The notes: generated from the sequence alone by a model not told the origin. A stretch of DNA of 64,000 bases from Candidatus Latescibacterota bacterium (GCA_965221775.1 CBDCSU010000006.1:736001-800000); one strand, 5' to 3'; shown: positions 28,004 to 37,490, counted from the stretch's first letter. Made by a program: numbers and translations.

Positions 28004-29650
28004 GTGACCTCCCCCCGCACCCCCTTCCACCCCGACCCGTCGCTGCTGGGCCGCCTCGGCGGCGCCGGGGGCGTGCACCGCCTCATCGACGCCTTCTACG
28101 ACGCCATCGCCGCCGACGGCGAGCTGAAGCCGCTCTTTCACGACTTCCACCTGCGCCAGGGACGGGAGCGGGTGAAGGAGTTCTTCGTCGAGTGGCTGGG
28201 CGGGCCACCGGGGTACTCCCGCACCGTTCGCACCGGCATGCGCCGCTTCCACGGCCACCTGTTCATCACCCCGGGCCTCTCCGGGCGCTGGCTGGCGCAC
28301 TTCGACGCGGCCCTGCAGCAGGTGGAGGCGCCGGCCGATGCCGCCGGCGAGGTGATGGCCGCCCTGCGCCGCCTGGCCGGACACTTGGTCAACGACCTGG
28401 AGGAGCGCCGGCCCCTGATGCCGCGGGACCTGCGCTGCGTGCGCTCGCGGCTCTTCCGCGAGCCCGTGGCCCGCATCGCCGCCGACGACCTGCCGGGCCT
28501 GAAGGCGGCCCTCGAGGGCGATCCGCTGCTGCCGCGGATCAGCGGCCCGGGGGGCCGCACCCTGCTCTGGGAGGCGGCCTGGCGCGGGCGGCTGGAGATC
28601 GCCCGCTTCCTCCTGGACCAGGGCGCCGACCCCCGCGAGCCGGGCCTCAGCTCGACCTCCTCGCGGCTGGACGCCGTGGGCGCCGACCTCATGCTGACCC
28701 CCCTCTGCGCCGCCTTGTGGCGGGGCCACCCGGAGACGGCGGACCTGCTCCGCGAGCGCGGCGCCCGGGTGGATGTCCACACCGCCGCCTTCCTCGGGGA
28801 CGCGGAGGCGCTGCGCCGGCTGCTGGACGCGGACCCCGCCCGCGTCCACGAGACCCAGCGCGCCGAGGACGTGTGGCCGGTGACGCCGCTGGCCCACGCC
28901 GTGGGCGCCGGCCGCGCCGGGGCGGTGGAGCTGCTGCTGGCCCGGGGCGCCGAGGTGCGCCCCCACAGCCGCGGCCTCCTCGACCGCGGCGCCCGCATCC
29001 GGCGCGCCGACCTGGTGGAGCTGCTGATCGACCACGGCGCCGACCCGGCGCAGGTGGTCCCCGGCCCCTGGGTCGCCGAACCCGCCATCGCCCGGCTGCT
29101 GGCCGCGAGCGCCGCCAACATCGGGGACTCGCGCTGGGTGCGGCTCTCGTGCTCGGCCGACATCCGCGGCCGCCGCGGCGGCGCCGCGCTGGCCCGGGCC
29201 TTCCTCGACTTCGGCGCCGACGTCAACGGCCGGCAGGCTGACGGGCGGTGTCCGCTGCACGCGGCGGCGAAAGCCGGGTTCCTCGAGACGATGGCGCTCT
29301 TCCTCGACCGCGGGGCCCGCGTCGACGTCCGCGACCGGCAGGGGGAGACGCCCCTGCACCACACCCTGAAGGGCGGCCGCGGCGCCGACGTGATCGCCGC
29401 CATGCAGCTGCTGCTGGAGGCCGGCGCCGACATCGACGCCGCCGGCGGCTCCGGCCTCGCGGTGCTGCACCGGGCGGCGGCCCGGCGCGACGGCGACGTG
29501 GTCGCCTTCCTGCTGCTGGAGGGGGCCGACCCCACCCGGCCGGACCGCCGCGGACGCACCCCCCTCGACGCGCTGCTCGCCGGTCGCGGCCGGCCGGAGC
29601 CGGCCCTGGTGCGGCTGCTGACCGGGTTCTCCTCCGCCCGGGCCGCCTGA
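28004..29650 (+). CDS. Group II truncated hemoglobin fused to ankyrin repeats
   Basis: LGG...AFY...EWLGGPPGY...RRFH...RWL...LVN globin; repeats GRTLLWEAA, TPLCAA, TPLAHAV, CPLHAAA, GETPLHH, GRTPLD. Confidence 0.85.
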   Translation: MTSPRTPFHPDPSLLGRLGGAGGVHRLIDAFYDAIAADGELKPLFHDFHLRQGRERVKEFFVEWLGGPPGYSRTVRTGMRRFHGHLFITPGLSGRWLAHFDAALQQVEAPADAAGEVMAALRRLAGHLVNDLEERRPLMPRDLRCVRSRLFREPVARIAADDLPGLKAALEGDPLLPRISGPGGRTLLWEAAWRGRLEIARFLLDQGADPREPGLSSTSSRLDAVGADLMLTPLCAALWRGHPETADLLRERGARVDVHTAAFLGDAEALRRLLDADPARVHETQRAEDVWPVTPLAHAVGAGRAGAVELLLARGAEVRPHSRGLLDRGARIRRADLVELLIDHGADPAQVVPGPWVAEPAIARLLAASAANIGDSRWVRLSCSADIRGRRGGAALARAFLDFGADVNGRQADGRCPLHAAAKAGFLETMALFLDRGARVDVRDRQGETPLHHTLKGGRGADVIAAMQLLLEAGADIDAAGGSGLAVLHRAAARRDGDVVAFLLLEGADPTRPDRRGRTPLDALLAGRGRPEPALVRLLTGFSSARAA

Positions 29651-29658
29651 GGCTCCCC

Positions 29659-29829
29659 GTGGTCGAAGACCTCTACCGCCAGCTGTCCCGCTGGATCCAG
29701 TCCGACTTCTTCGAGTACAGCCTCGCCGCCCTCTTCGTGCTCATCTGGTGGGCGGCCAGTTGGGTCGTCGGCCTCATCCGCGGCAAGCCCGTCGCCGAGG
29801 ACCGGCCCCGCCGGCGCCTGCCCCTGTAG
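29659..29829 (+). CDS. Small single-TM membrane protein (56 aa)
   Basis: Hydrophobic SLAALFVLIWWAASWVVGLI segment, host codon bias, fills the operon gap. Confidence 0.55.
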   Translation: MVEDLYRQLSRWIQSDFFEYSLAALFVLIWWAASWVVGLIRGKPVAEDRPRRRLPL

Positions 29830-29833
29830 CCGC

Positions 29834-31015
29834 ATGCAGGAACGCCAGGCCATCCGCGAGCACTGCGCCGGCCTCGACGACGCCGGCCTCGTGCGCGCCC
29901 TCACCGTCGACCGCGAGACCAACTCGGCGGCCCTCATCGACGAGGCCGGCCGCGAGCTGGACCGCCGCGGCCTCACCGTGGAGGCGGTGATGGACCGCGT
30001 CTCCGTGCGTCTCGGCCGCGACCGCGAGTCCAGCGTCTCCGCGGCCGAGGCCGCCGCCCTGGTCAACGACGAGGTCCCGCGGGGCGCCGTGGCCGCCTTC
30101 ACCCACGCCCTCGGCGAGATCCTGATCCTGCAGCGCGAGGCCTGGGGCTGGGTCGCCCACCACTACGAGGGCGAGAGCTACGGGCTCTCCTACCTGCTCG
30201 ACGAGACCGATGCGGCGCGCGCCCTGCTGGAGGCGTTCCTGGGGCTGCGGGACTGGCGGGCCCAGGCGGGCGAGGGCCATCACCTCGACGAGTGGGAGAT
30301 CGTGGTCCGCAGCGAGGAGGCCGACGATGTGCGGGCCCTGGCCGACCGCCTCGCCGAGGCCGGCATCCCCCACGTCCTGCGGGGCCCCCCCTTCACGCCG
30401 GAGGGCGATCCCACCACCTCCCTGCTGGTGCCTGCCGAGCGCCGCGAGGAGGCGATGGAAGCCACCGGCACCGGACGCCGCTCGGTGCGGCGCCTCCACC
30501 GGCTCGCCCGCGAGCGCGACGAGGCCGGCGACCGCAACGGCGAGCTAACCGTGTACGAGGAGCTGGCCGAGACCGACGCCGGCAATCCCGCCGTCCACTA
30601 CAACCGCGGCGCCGTGCTCCTGGAGCTGGGGCGGACCGAGGAGGCGGCCGCCGCCTTCCTGCGCTGCGCCGGCCGCGGGATCGAGCGCATGGAGGCCAGC
30701 CTCACCCCGGGCGGCGGCGGCGTGGGCGGAAGCGGCGGTCTGGGCGGCGCCGTGGCGCGCATGATGGGCCGCCTCGGAGACGTCGGGACCCGGCCGCACT
30801 TTCCCGACTACCTGGTGGACGCGGAGATGCAGCTGCTGGCGCTGGAGGAGCGGCTGCCGCAGCGCAAGGAGCTGCTCCACGGCCTGGCGAGCATCGCCCG
30901 GGTCAAGGGTGACGCCGAGACCGCCGGCCGCCGCTACCACCAGATCCTGGAGCTCGACCCCGAAGACGAGGTCGCCCGCTTTCAACTCGGGTACTTGCGG
31001 GCCTCCGCCGATTGA
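29834..31015 (+). CDS. TPR-repeat protein with DUF2007-like domain
   Basis: LADRLAEAGIP...LLVPAE (DUF2007-like); HYNRGAVLLELGRTEEA and YHQILELDPED TPRs. Confidence 0.75.
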   Translation: MQERQAIREHCAGLDDAGLVRALTVDRETNSAALIDEAGRELDRRGLTVEAVMDRVSVRLGRDRESSVSAAEAAALVNDEVPRGAVAAFTHALGEILILQREAWGWVAHHYEGESYGLSYLLDETDAARALLEAFLGLRDWRAQAGEGHHLDEWEIVVRSEEADDVRALADRLAEAGIPHVLRGPPFTPEGDPTTSLLVPAERREEAMEATGTGRRSVRRLHRLARERDEAGDRNGELTVYEELAETDAGNPAVHYNRGAVLLELGRTEEAAAAFLRCAGRGIERMEASLTPGGGGVGGSGGLGGAVARMMGRLGDVGTRPHFPDYLVDAEMQLLALEERLPQRKELLHGLASIARVKGDAETAGRRYHQILELDPEDEVARFQLGYLRASAD

Positions 31016-31074
31016 CGATCCTCTTTCCCCCGACGCCCACCCGACGCTCACCAGACTCCGAAGGGAGCCCGCCC

Positions 31075-31836
31075 GTGACCTCGATCCGTCAGTCCGTCTG
31101 CTTCGGCCCCCTCGCCCGCGGCTTCGACGACCCCGCGGAGGGGATCGCCGCCGCCGCCGGTATCGGCTTCGTCTCCGTCGAGATGCTCCCCGAGGAGCAC
31201 TGGCCGCTGGTGCGCGACAACGGCCTCGACATCGCCATCGTCGTGGGCCACGCCTCGCTGCCCGACGGCCTCAACAACCGCGGCAACCACGGCCGCATCG
31301 AGGCGGAGCTGAAGGAGAGCATCGACAAGGCCGCCGAGCACGGCATCCCGTCGCTCATCACGTTCTCCGGCAACCTCGAGGACCGCGGCGACGAGGAGGG
31401 CTTCGACAACTGCGTGGAGGGCCTGCTGCGGGTGAAGGGCTACGCCGAGGAGAAGGGCATCAACCTGTGCATGGAGCTGCTCAACAGCCGGGTCAACCAC
31501 CCCGACTACCAGTGCGACCGCACCGAGTGGGGGGCGCGCCTGTGCCGGGCCGTCGACTCGCCGCGGGTGAAGCTGCTCTACGACATCTACCACATGCAGA
31601 TCATGGAGGGCGACCTGATCCGCACGATCACCGACAACATCGAGTGGATCGCCCACTTCCACACCGCCGGCAACCCGGGGCGCAACGATCCCGACGACAC
31701 CCAGGAGATCTACTACCCCGCCGTCATGCGGGGCATCGCCGCCACCGGCTACGATGGCTTCGTGGGCCACGAGTACTCGCCCAAGGGCGACGCCGTGGAG
31801 TCGCTGAAGACGACCTTCGCCACCTGCGACATCTGA
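31075..31836 (+). CDS. Hydroxypyruvate isomerase family TIM-barrel protein
   Basis: MELLNS, KLLYDIYHMQIMEGD, HFHTAGNPGR, GHEY. Confidence 0.9.
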   Translation: MTSIRQSVCFGPLARGFDDPAEGIAAAAGIGFVSVEMLPEEHWPLVRDNGLDIAIVVGHASLPDGLNNRGNHGRIEAELKESIDKAAEHGIPSLITFSGNLEDRGDEEGFDNCVEGLLRVKGYAEEKGINLCMELLNSRVNHPDYQCDRTEWGARLCRAVDSPRVKLLYDIYHMQIMEGDLIRTITDNIEWIAHFHTAGNPGRNDPDDTQEIYYPAVMRGIAATGYDGFVGHEYSPKGDAVESLKTTFATCDI

Positions 31837-31846
31837 GGAGAAAGGC

Positions 31847-32668
31847 ATGACCCTCACCACCGGCGCGGAACTGCAGATCCTGCCCTCGGGCGGCGCTCTC
31901 GGCGCCGAGATCCGCGGGCTGGACCTGGGCCGGGAGTTGACCCCCGAAGAGGTGAAGCAGGTGCGCGCCGCCCTGTTGGCGCACTGCGTCCTCGTCTTCC
32001 GCGACCAGCGCATCAGCGACGAGGACCAGGTGCGGTTCACCTCGTACTTCGGCAGGCCCGTGGAGCACGTGCGCAAACAGCGCGAGCGCCGCGTCAAGGA
32101 GATCTTCATCATCTCCAACGTGAAGGAGGACGGCGAGCCCATCGGCGCCCTCGGCAGCGAGCTGATCGACTTCCACTCCGACCTCTCCTACCTGCCCAAG
32201 CCGGGGACGATCTCCCTGCTCTACGCCGTGGAGATCCCGCCCGCCGGCGGCGACACCCAATGGTGCGACGGCCGCGCCGCGTACGACGCCCTGCCGCCGG
32301 AGCGCCAGGCCCAGGTGCGCAAGCTGCGCGCCGTGCACCGCCACCACGTGGACGAGCAGAACCCCCCCGAGCCGACGATCCATCCCGTGGTGCGGCGCCA
32401 TCCCGAGACCGGGCGGCCGTCGCTCTACGTGAGCCCCCACCTGACCCACCACATCCACGGAGTCAGCGAGGAGGAGAGTCGCGCCATCCTGTCCGAGTTG
32501 TATGCACACATGGACCAGCCGCGGTTCGTCTGGACCCACCAGTGGCGGGTGGGCGATCTGGTGATGTGGGACAACCGCCCCACCAGCCACCGGCGCCTGG
32601 CCTTCCCGGACGATCAGCGCCGCATCATGAACCGCACCCAGATCTTCGGCGAGGAGGTGGTGGAGTGA
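31847..32668 (+). CDS. TauD/TfdA family dioxygenase
   Basis: LGAEIRGLDL, FHSD, GGDT, HPVVRRHPETGR, WDNR..H. Confidence 0.93.
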   Translation: MTLTTGAELQILPSGGALGAEIRGLDLGRELTPEEVKQVRAALLAHCVLVFRDQRISDEDQVRFTSYFGRPVEHVRKQRERRVKEIFIISNVKEDGEPIGALGSELIDFHSDLSYLPKPGTISLLYAVEIPPAGGDTQWCDGRAAYDALPPERQAQVRKLRAVHRHHVDEQNPPEPTIHPVVRRHPETGRPSLYVSPHLTHHIHGVSEEESRAILSELYAHMDQPRFVWTHQWRVGDLVMWDNRPTSHRRLAFPDDQRRIMNRTQIFGEEVVE

Positions 32669-33393
32669 AGCTCAAGGACCAGGTCATCATCGTCACCGGC
32701 GGCGGCTCCGGCGCCGGCGCCGCCATCGTCGAAGGCTGCGTCCGCGAGGGAGCGCGGGTCGTGACCATGGGCCGCGACGAGGCCCGGCTGAAGGCCGCCT
32801 GCGACAAGGCCGGCGAGGGAGCCCACCCCATGGCCGGCGACGTCCGCGACCGGGCCCGCGTGAAGGAGATCGTCGACTGGACCCTGACCGAGTTCGGGCG
32901 CGTGGACGTGCTCGTCAACAACGCCGGCGTCAACGTCGTCGACCGCTCCCTGGAGAAGCTCTCCCCGGAGGACTGGGACCTGCAGATGGACATCAACGCC
33001 ACCGGCGCCTTCAACACCCTCCACGAAGTCCTGCCCATCATGCGCCGCCAGGGCGCCGGCCTCGTGATCGCCATCTCCTCCGTGGCCGGCACCGCCCCCG
33101 GCGTCCTCGCCGGCGCCGCCTACTCCGCCGCCAAGCACGCCATGTCCGTCGTCACCCAGACGGTGAATCTGGAGGAGGCGAAGCACGGCATCCGCGCCAG
33201 CGTCATCTCCCCCGGCGAGATCAACACCCCCATCCTCGACCAGCGGCCGGTGAAGGTCTCCGACGAGCACAAGGCGCGGATCCTGCAGTCCGAGGACATC
33301 GCCGACGTGGTCGTCTACGTGGCGGCGCTGCCGCGGCACGTGGTGATCTCCGAGTTGGTGATCAAGCCGCTGGGGCAGGGGTCCGTGGAGTGA
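32665..33393 (+). CDS. SDR family oxidoreductase
   Basis: TGGGSGAG, NNAG, YSAAK, PGEINT. Confidence 0.92.
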   Translation: MKLKDQVIIVTGGGSGAGAAIVEGCVREGARVVTMGRDEARLKAACDKAGEGAHPMAGDVRDRARVKEIVDWTLTEFGRVDVLVNNAGVNVVDRSLEKLSPEDWDLQMDINATGAFNTLHEVLPIMRRQGAGLVIAISSVAGTAPGVLAGAAYSAAKHAMSVVTQTVNLEEAKHGIRASVISPGEINTPILDQRPVKVSDEHKARILQSEDIADVVVYVAALPRHVVISELVIKPLGQGSVE

Positions 33394-33582
33394 GGGAGGG
33401 GCTGGAGGCCGGGATTTCTCGCCAGGGCGCCGACGGCAGAGTCGGTATTCGAGAGCTGTCAGCCCCGCCCCGATGTTCTCCAGCGGGCCCAGCAGATGCG
33501 GATCGCACCCGACATCATCGGCGGCGGCCTGTCGTAGGGCACTTCAATCCGGATCTCTTTCACGCCGCCTTGTTCGGCCGCC

Positions 33583-33643
33583 TTGCAAGTTTCACTATAT
33601 TACCTATATTCACCGAGTGCTGAAATCTGATGTTACAGTGAAA
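33583..33643 (+). promoter_or_regulatory. Putative promoter and operator of the AbiE-like operon
   Basis: TTGCAA, 16-nt spacer, TATATT (33583-33610), 6 nt before GTG 33617; inverted TTTCACT (33590) / AGTGAAA (33637). Confidence 0.55.
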
Positions 33644-34726
33644 TCAGCGGCCCACCGCGCCGTCGACGCGGTTCGCGAGCTGCTCCGCAACGTGCCGAGC
33701 GTGCAGGTCGAGTCCGCCAAGTATGAAGGAGACATCGGCCGCGACTACGGCGTGGACGGACTAGTCGCATTTGCCCACCGCGGCGGCAACTTCGCGCTCG
33801 TCGTCGAGGCGAAGTCCAACGGAGCCCCCCGCTTCGTCCGCTCCGGGGTCTATCAACTCGAGAGCTGCGTGGCTCGATTGCGCCGATCCGGTGAGGTAAA
33901 TGGCGGCAGGCGCCTCATTCCAATGATCGTCAGCCCCTACCTGTCTCCAGAATCCCGAGCCATCTGCCTGGACCACGACACCGCGTATCTCGATCTGGTC
34001 GGGAACGCGAGGCTCGCGTTCGACACCGTCTACATAGAGCGTGCCGTCGCGGAGAGGCCCGTCGCGGAAACCCGTGCGCTACGCTCGATCTTCACTCCGA
34101 AGGCGGCAGCGATCCTGCGAGTTCTGTTGCGCGAACCGGGACGCGCGTGGCGCGTCGCAGATCTGGCGGTGCAGGCGCAGGCGAGCTACGGCCATGTGAG
34201 TAATGTCCGCAAGGCTCTGCTGGCCCGCGAATGGATCGAGGTCGGGGATGACGGCGCTGTCCTCGTTCAACCGGACGCCCTACTGAAGACATGGCGCGCG
34301 TGCTATCGGCGCCCTGCCGGCGAGTCCATCACCGGATATACTCATCTCCATGGAAGGCAGCTCGACGAGCGGCTCCGGGGCAGGCTCAACCCGCATCCCG
34401 AGCGTCCGCGTGCCATCTACGCGCTGCACTCAGCCGCGCAGTGGCTTGCGCCTTTCGGCCGGGTCGGCACCCACGCTTTCTACGCCGACGAACCGGGCGC
34501 CGAAGCTCTGAGAGAGGCGTTGAAGCTGACGCACGCGGCCAGGGGCACGAACGTCGTGCTGCACATCCCAACGGATGAGAGCCTGTTCTACGACGCGAGC
34601 GAACCCGGACCGAACGTGTTCTGCACCAGTACCATCGTGACTTATCTCGATCTCTGGAACGGCAGCGACCGTGACCGCGAGGCGGCCGAACATCTCGCGG
34701 GCGAGTTCCTCCCATGGCTGAAGTAG
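33617..34726 (+). CDS. AbiEi-like (type IV TA) antitoxin/transcriptional regulator
   Basis: VEAKSNGAPR, SPYLSP, YLDLVGN, central wHTH (DLA...SYGHVSNVRKAL), YLDL...RDREAAEHL. Confidence 0.75.
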   Translation: MLKSDVTVKSAAHRAVDAVRELLRNVPSVQVESAKYEGDIGRDYGVDGLVAFAHRGGNFALVVEAKSNGAPRFVRSGVYQLESCVARLRRSGEVNGGRRLIPMIVSPYLSPESRAICLDHDTAYLDLVGNARLAFDTVYIERAVAERPVAETRALRSIFTPKAAAILRVLLREPGRAWRVADLAVQAQASYGHVSNVRKALLAREWIEVGDDGAVLVQPDALLKTWRACYRRPAGESITGYTHLHGRQLDERLRGRLNPHPERPRAIYALHSAAQWLAPFGRVGTHAFYADEPGAEALREALKLTHAARGTNVVLHIPTDESLFYDASEPGPNVFCTSTIVTYLDLWNGSDRDREAAEHLAGEFLPWLK

Positions 34727-35571
34727 ACCCGCAATACGCCTCTGATTACAACGATCGCACCACGGTCGCCGTCAAGTCGGTGCTGGTCGAAATCGGGCAG
34801 ATCCTCGGCAGCTACCGGGGAAGATTCGCCGTGATCGGTGGGGCCGTCCCCTGGCTGCTGCTGAACGAGTCCGACATGCAGCACATTGGAACTCTGGACG
34901 TGGATCTCAGTCTGGATGCGGAAGCCTTGGGTGACGGCGAGTACGCCCAGCTTGTCGAGTCCCTCTTGAGTCAGGGTTACCACCAGTCCGAGAGGCGGCG
35001 CCGCTTTCAACTGGTGCGCACCGTGCCCGCCCGCGACGGCGGAGACGACATCGACATCATCGTCGACTTCCTGATGCCGCGCGACGCCACGATCGCGAAG
35101 AACACTCCTCCGCTCGTGGCCGACTTCGCGGTTCAGCGCGCCGACGGCGCGGATCTCGCCTTGAGGTTCTATCAGCTAGTCGCCATCGACGGCGACATGC
35201 CCGATGGCGGGGGCAACCGCGTCCAGATCGCCGTCGCGTCCATTCCCGCGCTGCTGGCCATGAAGGGCTACGCCATCGCGAGCCGCTTCAAACCGAAGGA
35301 CGCCTACGACATCTACTACAGCATCCGCAACTTCCCGGGCGGCATCGAGGCGCTCGTCGCGGCGACCGAGCCACTCCTCGAATACGAGACAGCGAGGACC
35401 GGCTATCTCCATGTCTCGGACAAATTCCGCCACTCGGACGATTTCGGTCCGACCAGGGTGCGGCACTTCGTCGACCGGCCCGAGATGCTCGAAGAGCGCA
35501 CCGCCGATCAATGGCAGCAGGACGCGTTCGGGCAGGTCGACGCTTGGCTCTCGGCGCTGGGCCTGAGGTGA
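34714..35571 (+). CDS. AbiEii-like nucleotidyltransferase
   Basis: VIGGAVP...GTLDVDL, IVDFL, LLAMKGYA...R..PKDAYDIYY. Confidence 0.78.
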   Translation: MAEVDPQYASDYNDRTTVAVKSVLVEIGQILGSYRGRFAVIGGAVPWLLLNESDMQHIGTLDVDLSLDAEALGDGEYAQLVESLLSQGYHQSERRRRFQLVRTVPARDGGDDIDIIVDFLMPRDATIAKNTPPLVADFAVQRADGADLALRFYQLVAIDGDMPDGGGNRVQIAVASIPALLAMKGYAIASRFKPKDAYDIYYSIRNFPGGIEALVAATEPLLEYETARTGYLHVSDKFRHSDDFGPTRVRHFVDRPEMLEERTADQWQQDAFGQVDAWLSALGLR

Positions 35572-35574
35572 TCC

Positions 35575-36474
35575 GTGGCCGCAGCGTCAAATGTCAGGAT
35601 CCGCTCGATGGACATCCCGACCATCGACAGGGTGTTCGGCATGGAAGACGGCTATGTGCTCAACTTCACCAACCAGACCTTCGCCGAGTTCTTTCACGAC
35701 GAGCTCGGCGTCAACATCTACGATGACCGTTGGGGGGCTCAAGGCAATAGCAAGGCGAACCGCCTTCGCTGCTACCTGCGAACAGCGGGCCGCCAGGCAG
35801 CACTCAAGGCCCTCAAGGCGCTATGGGAGTACCGCGAAGCGAGCAGCGTAACTGCCGACTATCCAGAACTCGAAGACAAGGTGCGCGCGGCCTACGTGCG
35901 AATCGTCCAGCGCCTCGGGGGCACGGAGGCGAAACCGGCGCCGACCGCCGCAGCTCAGAGAGAACAACGAGTCGATGTGGCCGTAACCTCTGCTCTCGCC
36001 GACCGCTTGGTCGAAGTCTCCACCTTGAACCCACAAGCTCGCGGCTATGCGTTCGAGGAGTTCCTGAAGGCCGTATTCGATGCCTACGGTATGGCCGCGC
36101 GCGCCTCCTTCCGTCTCAGGGGCGAGCAGATCGACGGCAGTTTCGTGCTCGCCGAACAGACCTACTTGCTCGAAGCCAGATGGAGGAACGCCAAGGTCGA
36201 TGTGGAAACCCTTCGTGCCTTCAATGGCAAGGTCGAGGAAAAGGCGAGCTGGTCGCGAGGCCTGATCATCAGCCAAAGCGGCTTCACGGAAGACGGACTG
36301 CATGCATTCGGCCGCGGCAAGCGGGTCATATGCATGGATGGACTCGACCTGCACGAAGTTCTCTCCGGCCGGCTCCACCTCGCTGATGTCATTACTCTGA
36401 AGGCTAGGCGCGCAGCAGAAACCGGCATGGCGCATGTCCCGGTGCGCGATCTCAATGTACCCGCCCTGAAATGA
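35575..36474 (+). CDS. Mrr-like restriction endonuclease with AbiJ-type N-terminal domain
   Basis: GYVLNFTNQTFAEFF...SKANRLR N-domain; RGYAFE...EQIDG...LLEARW...SQSGFT nuclease domain. Confidence 0.78.
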   Translation: MAAASNVRIRSMDIPTIDRVFGMEDGYVLNFTNQTFAEFFHDELGVNIYDDRWGAQGNSKANRLRCYLRTAGRQAALKALKALWEYREASSVTADYPELEDKVRAAYVRIVQRLGGTEAKPAPTAAAQREQRVDVAVTSALADRLVEVSTLNPQARGYAFEEFLKAVFDAYGMAARASFRLRGEQIDGSFVLAEQTYLLEARWRNAKVDVETLRAFNGKVEEKASWSRGLIISQSGFTEDGLHAFGRGKRVICMDGLDLHEVLSGRLHLADVITLKARRAAETGMAHVPVRDLNVPALK

Positions 36475-36537
36475 GTTTCGTGGTAGCGCTGATCGGGCTG
36501 ACGACGGGGGCAACTCTGACCGGGTTCCGACCGCGAC

Positions 36538-36660
36538 CGACGAGATCGAGCGGCATCTGGACCCGTGGAGGCAGCAACGGGTTCTCGCCGATCTCGCGAG
36601 GCCTTCCCGAATACCAGTTTCATCGCATCCACCCACAGCACCGCAGGTGCTGACGACCGC
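36538..36660 (+). pseudogene. Frameshifted fragment of an ABC-ATPase Walker B/H-loop region
   Basis: Reads DEIERHLDPWRQQRVLADLAR/FPNT/FIASTHS/QVLTT across frameshifts; similar to 36838-36963. Confidence 0.6.
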
Positions 36661-37285
36661 GGATACGGACGGTGAGACTGATGTCCACCAAACGGGGGCA
36701 ACTCCAGAGAAGCTCTCTCTTGACCAGTTGGGCGGCGGCCATCTCATTGCGCTGGCGCTGGCGGCCGATCTGGCTCGACGGGATGGCGCAGGGAACCCGC
36801 ACCTGGATGATCCCCGCCATTCCGAGGCGATCGTCCTGATCGACGAGGTGGAACTCCACCTGCATCCGCGGTGGCAGCAGCGAATCCTGGGCGATCTGGT
36901 CCGCACCTTTCCCAACACCCAGTTCATCGTATCAACTCACAGCCCGCAGGTGCTGACCACGGTCGAACCTCACCGGATCGTGGAACTGTCTCACGACGGC
37001 GACCGTATCGTCGCCGGGACTCCCGCCGGGCCGACATTTGGAGCCGAGGCCGGGGACGTTCTCTCCGTGGTGATGGGCGTAGACGAACGGCCGCCGGAGA
37101 ACGCCTTCACAAGAGCCCTGGATCAGTATCGTCGCCTGCTCAGGGAGGAGCGGTCGGAGTCCGAAGAAGCCCTGGCCCTGCGGGCGAGCCTGGAAGAGAT
37201 GTCCCCCTACGATCCAGCCCTCGATCGTGCCGACCTTGAAATCCGTCGACGCAAGCTGTTCAGGCAGCGCGCCGAGTCCCGGTGA
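36647..37285 (+). pseudogene. 5'-truncated AAA_21 ATPase (PtuA/retron-effector-like), C-terminal half
   Basis: LDQLGGG, IVLIDEVELHLHPRWQQRI, FPNTQFIVSTHSPQV; no Walker A present. Confidence 0.75.
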
Positions 37286-37425
37286 AGGAGACTCGCGAAG
37301 ATATCCTGGCAGAAGATCCCCAGGAGTGGATCTGAGGCACTCAGGACCTCCACCGCGTGGTGCCGCCCGGGTCTCATGCCGCCCGGCTTGCAGTCGGGCG
37401 GTCCCCCCCCTTGACAATCCCCGGC

Positions 37426-37479
37426 CTTGCCAACAGATTCGTTGCCAACGGTCTTGTTGCCAACGGATGCGTTGGAAAG
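37426..37479. repeat. Array of GTTGCCAAC-like palindromes with exact 15-bp period (putative operator)
   Basis: CTTGCCAAC 37426, GTTGCCAAC 37441, GTTGCCAAC 37456, GTTGGAAAG 37471; TTGACA at 37411. Confidence 0.8.
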
Positions 37480-37490
37480 GAGAGTTGGTG

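Noticed and set aside
37426-37479. Regularly spaced repeats as a mini-CRISPR
   Set aside because: 9-bp units with 6-bp spacers are far too short and no cas genes are present; treated as an operator array.
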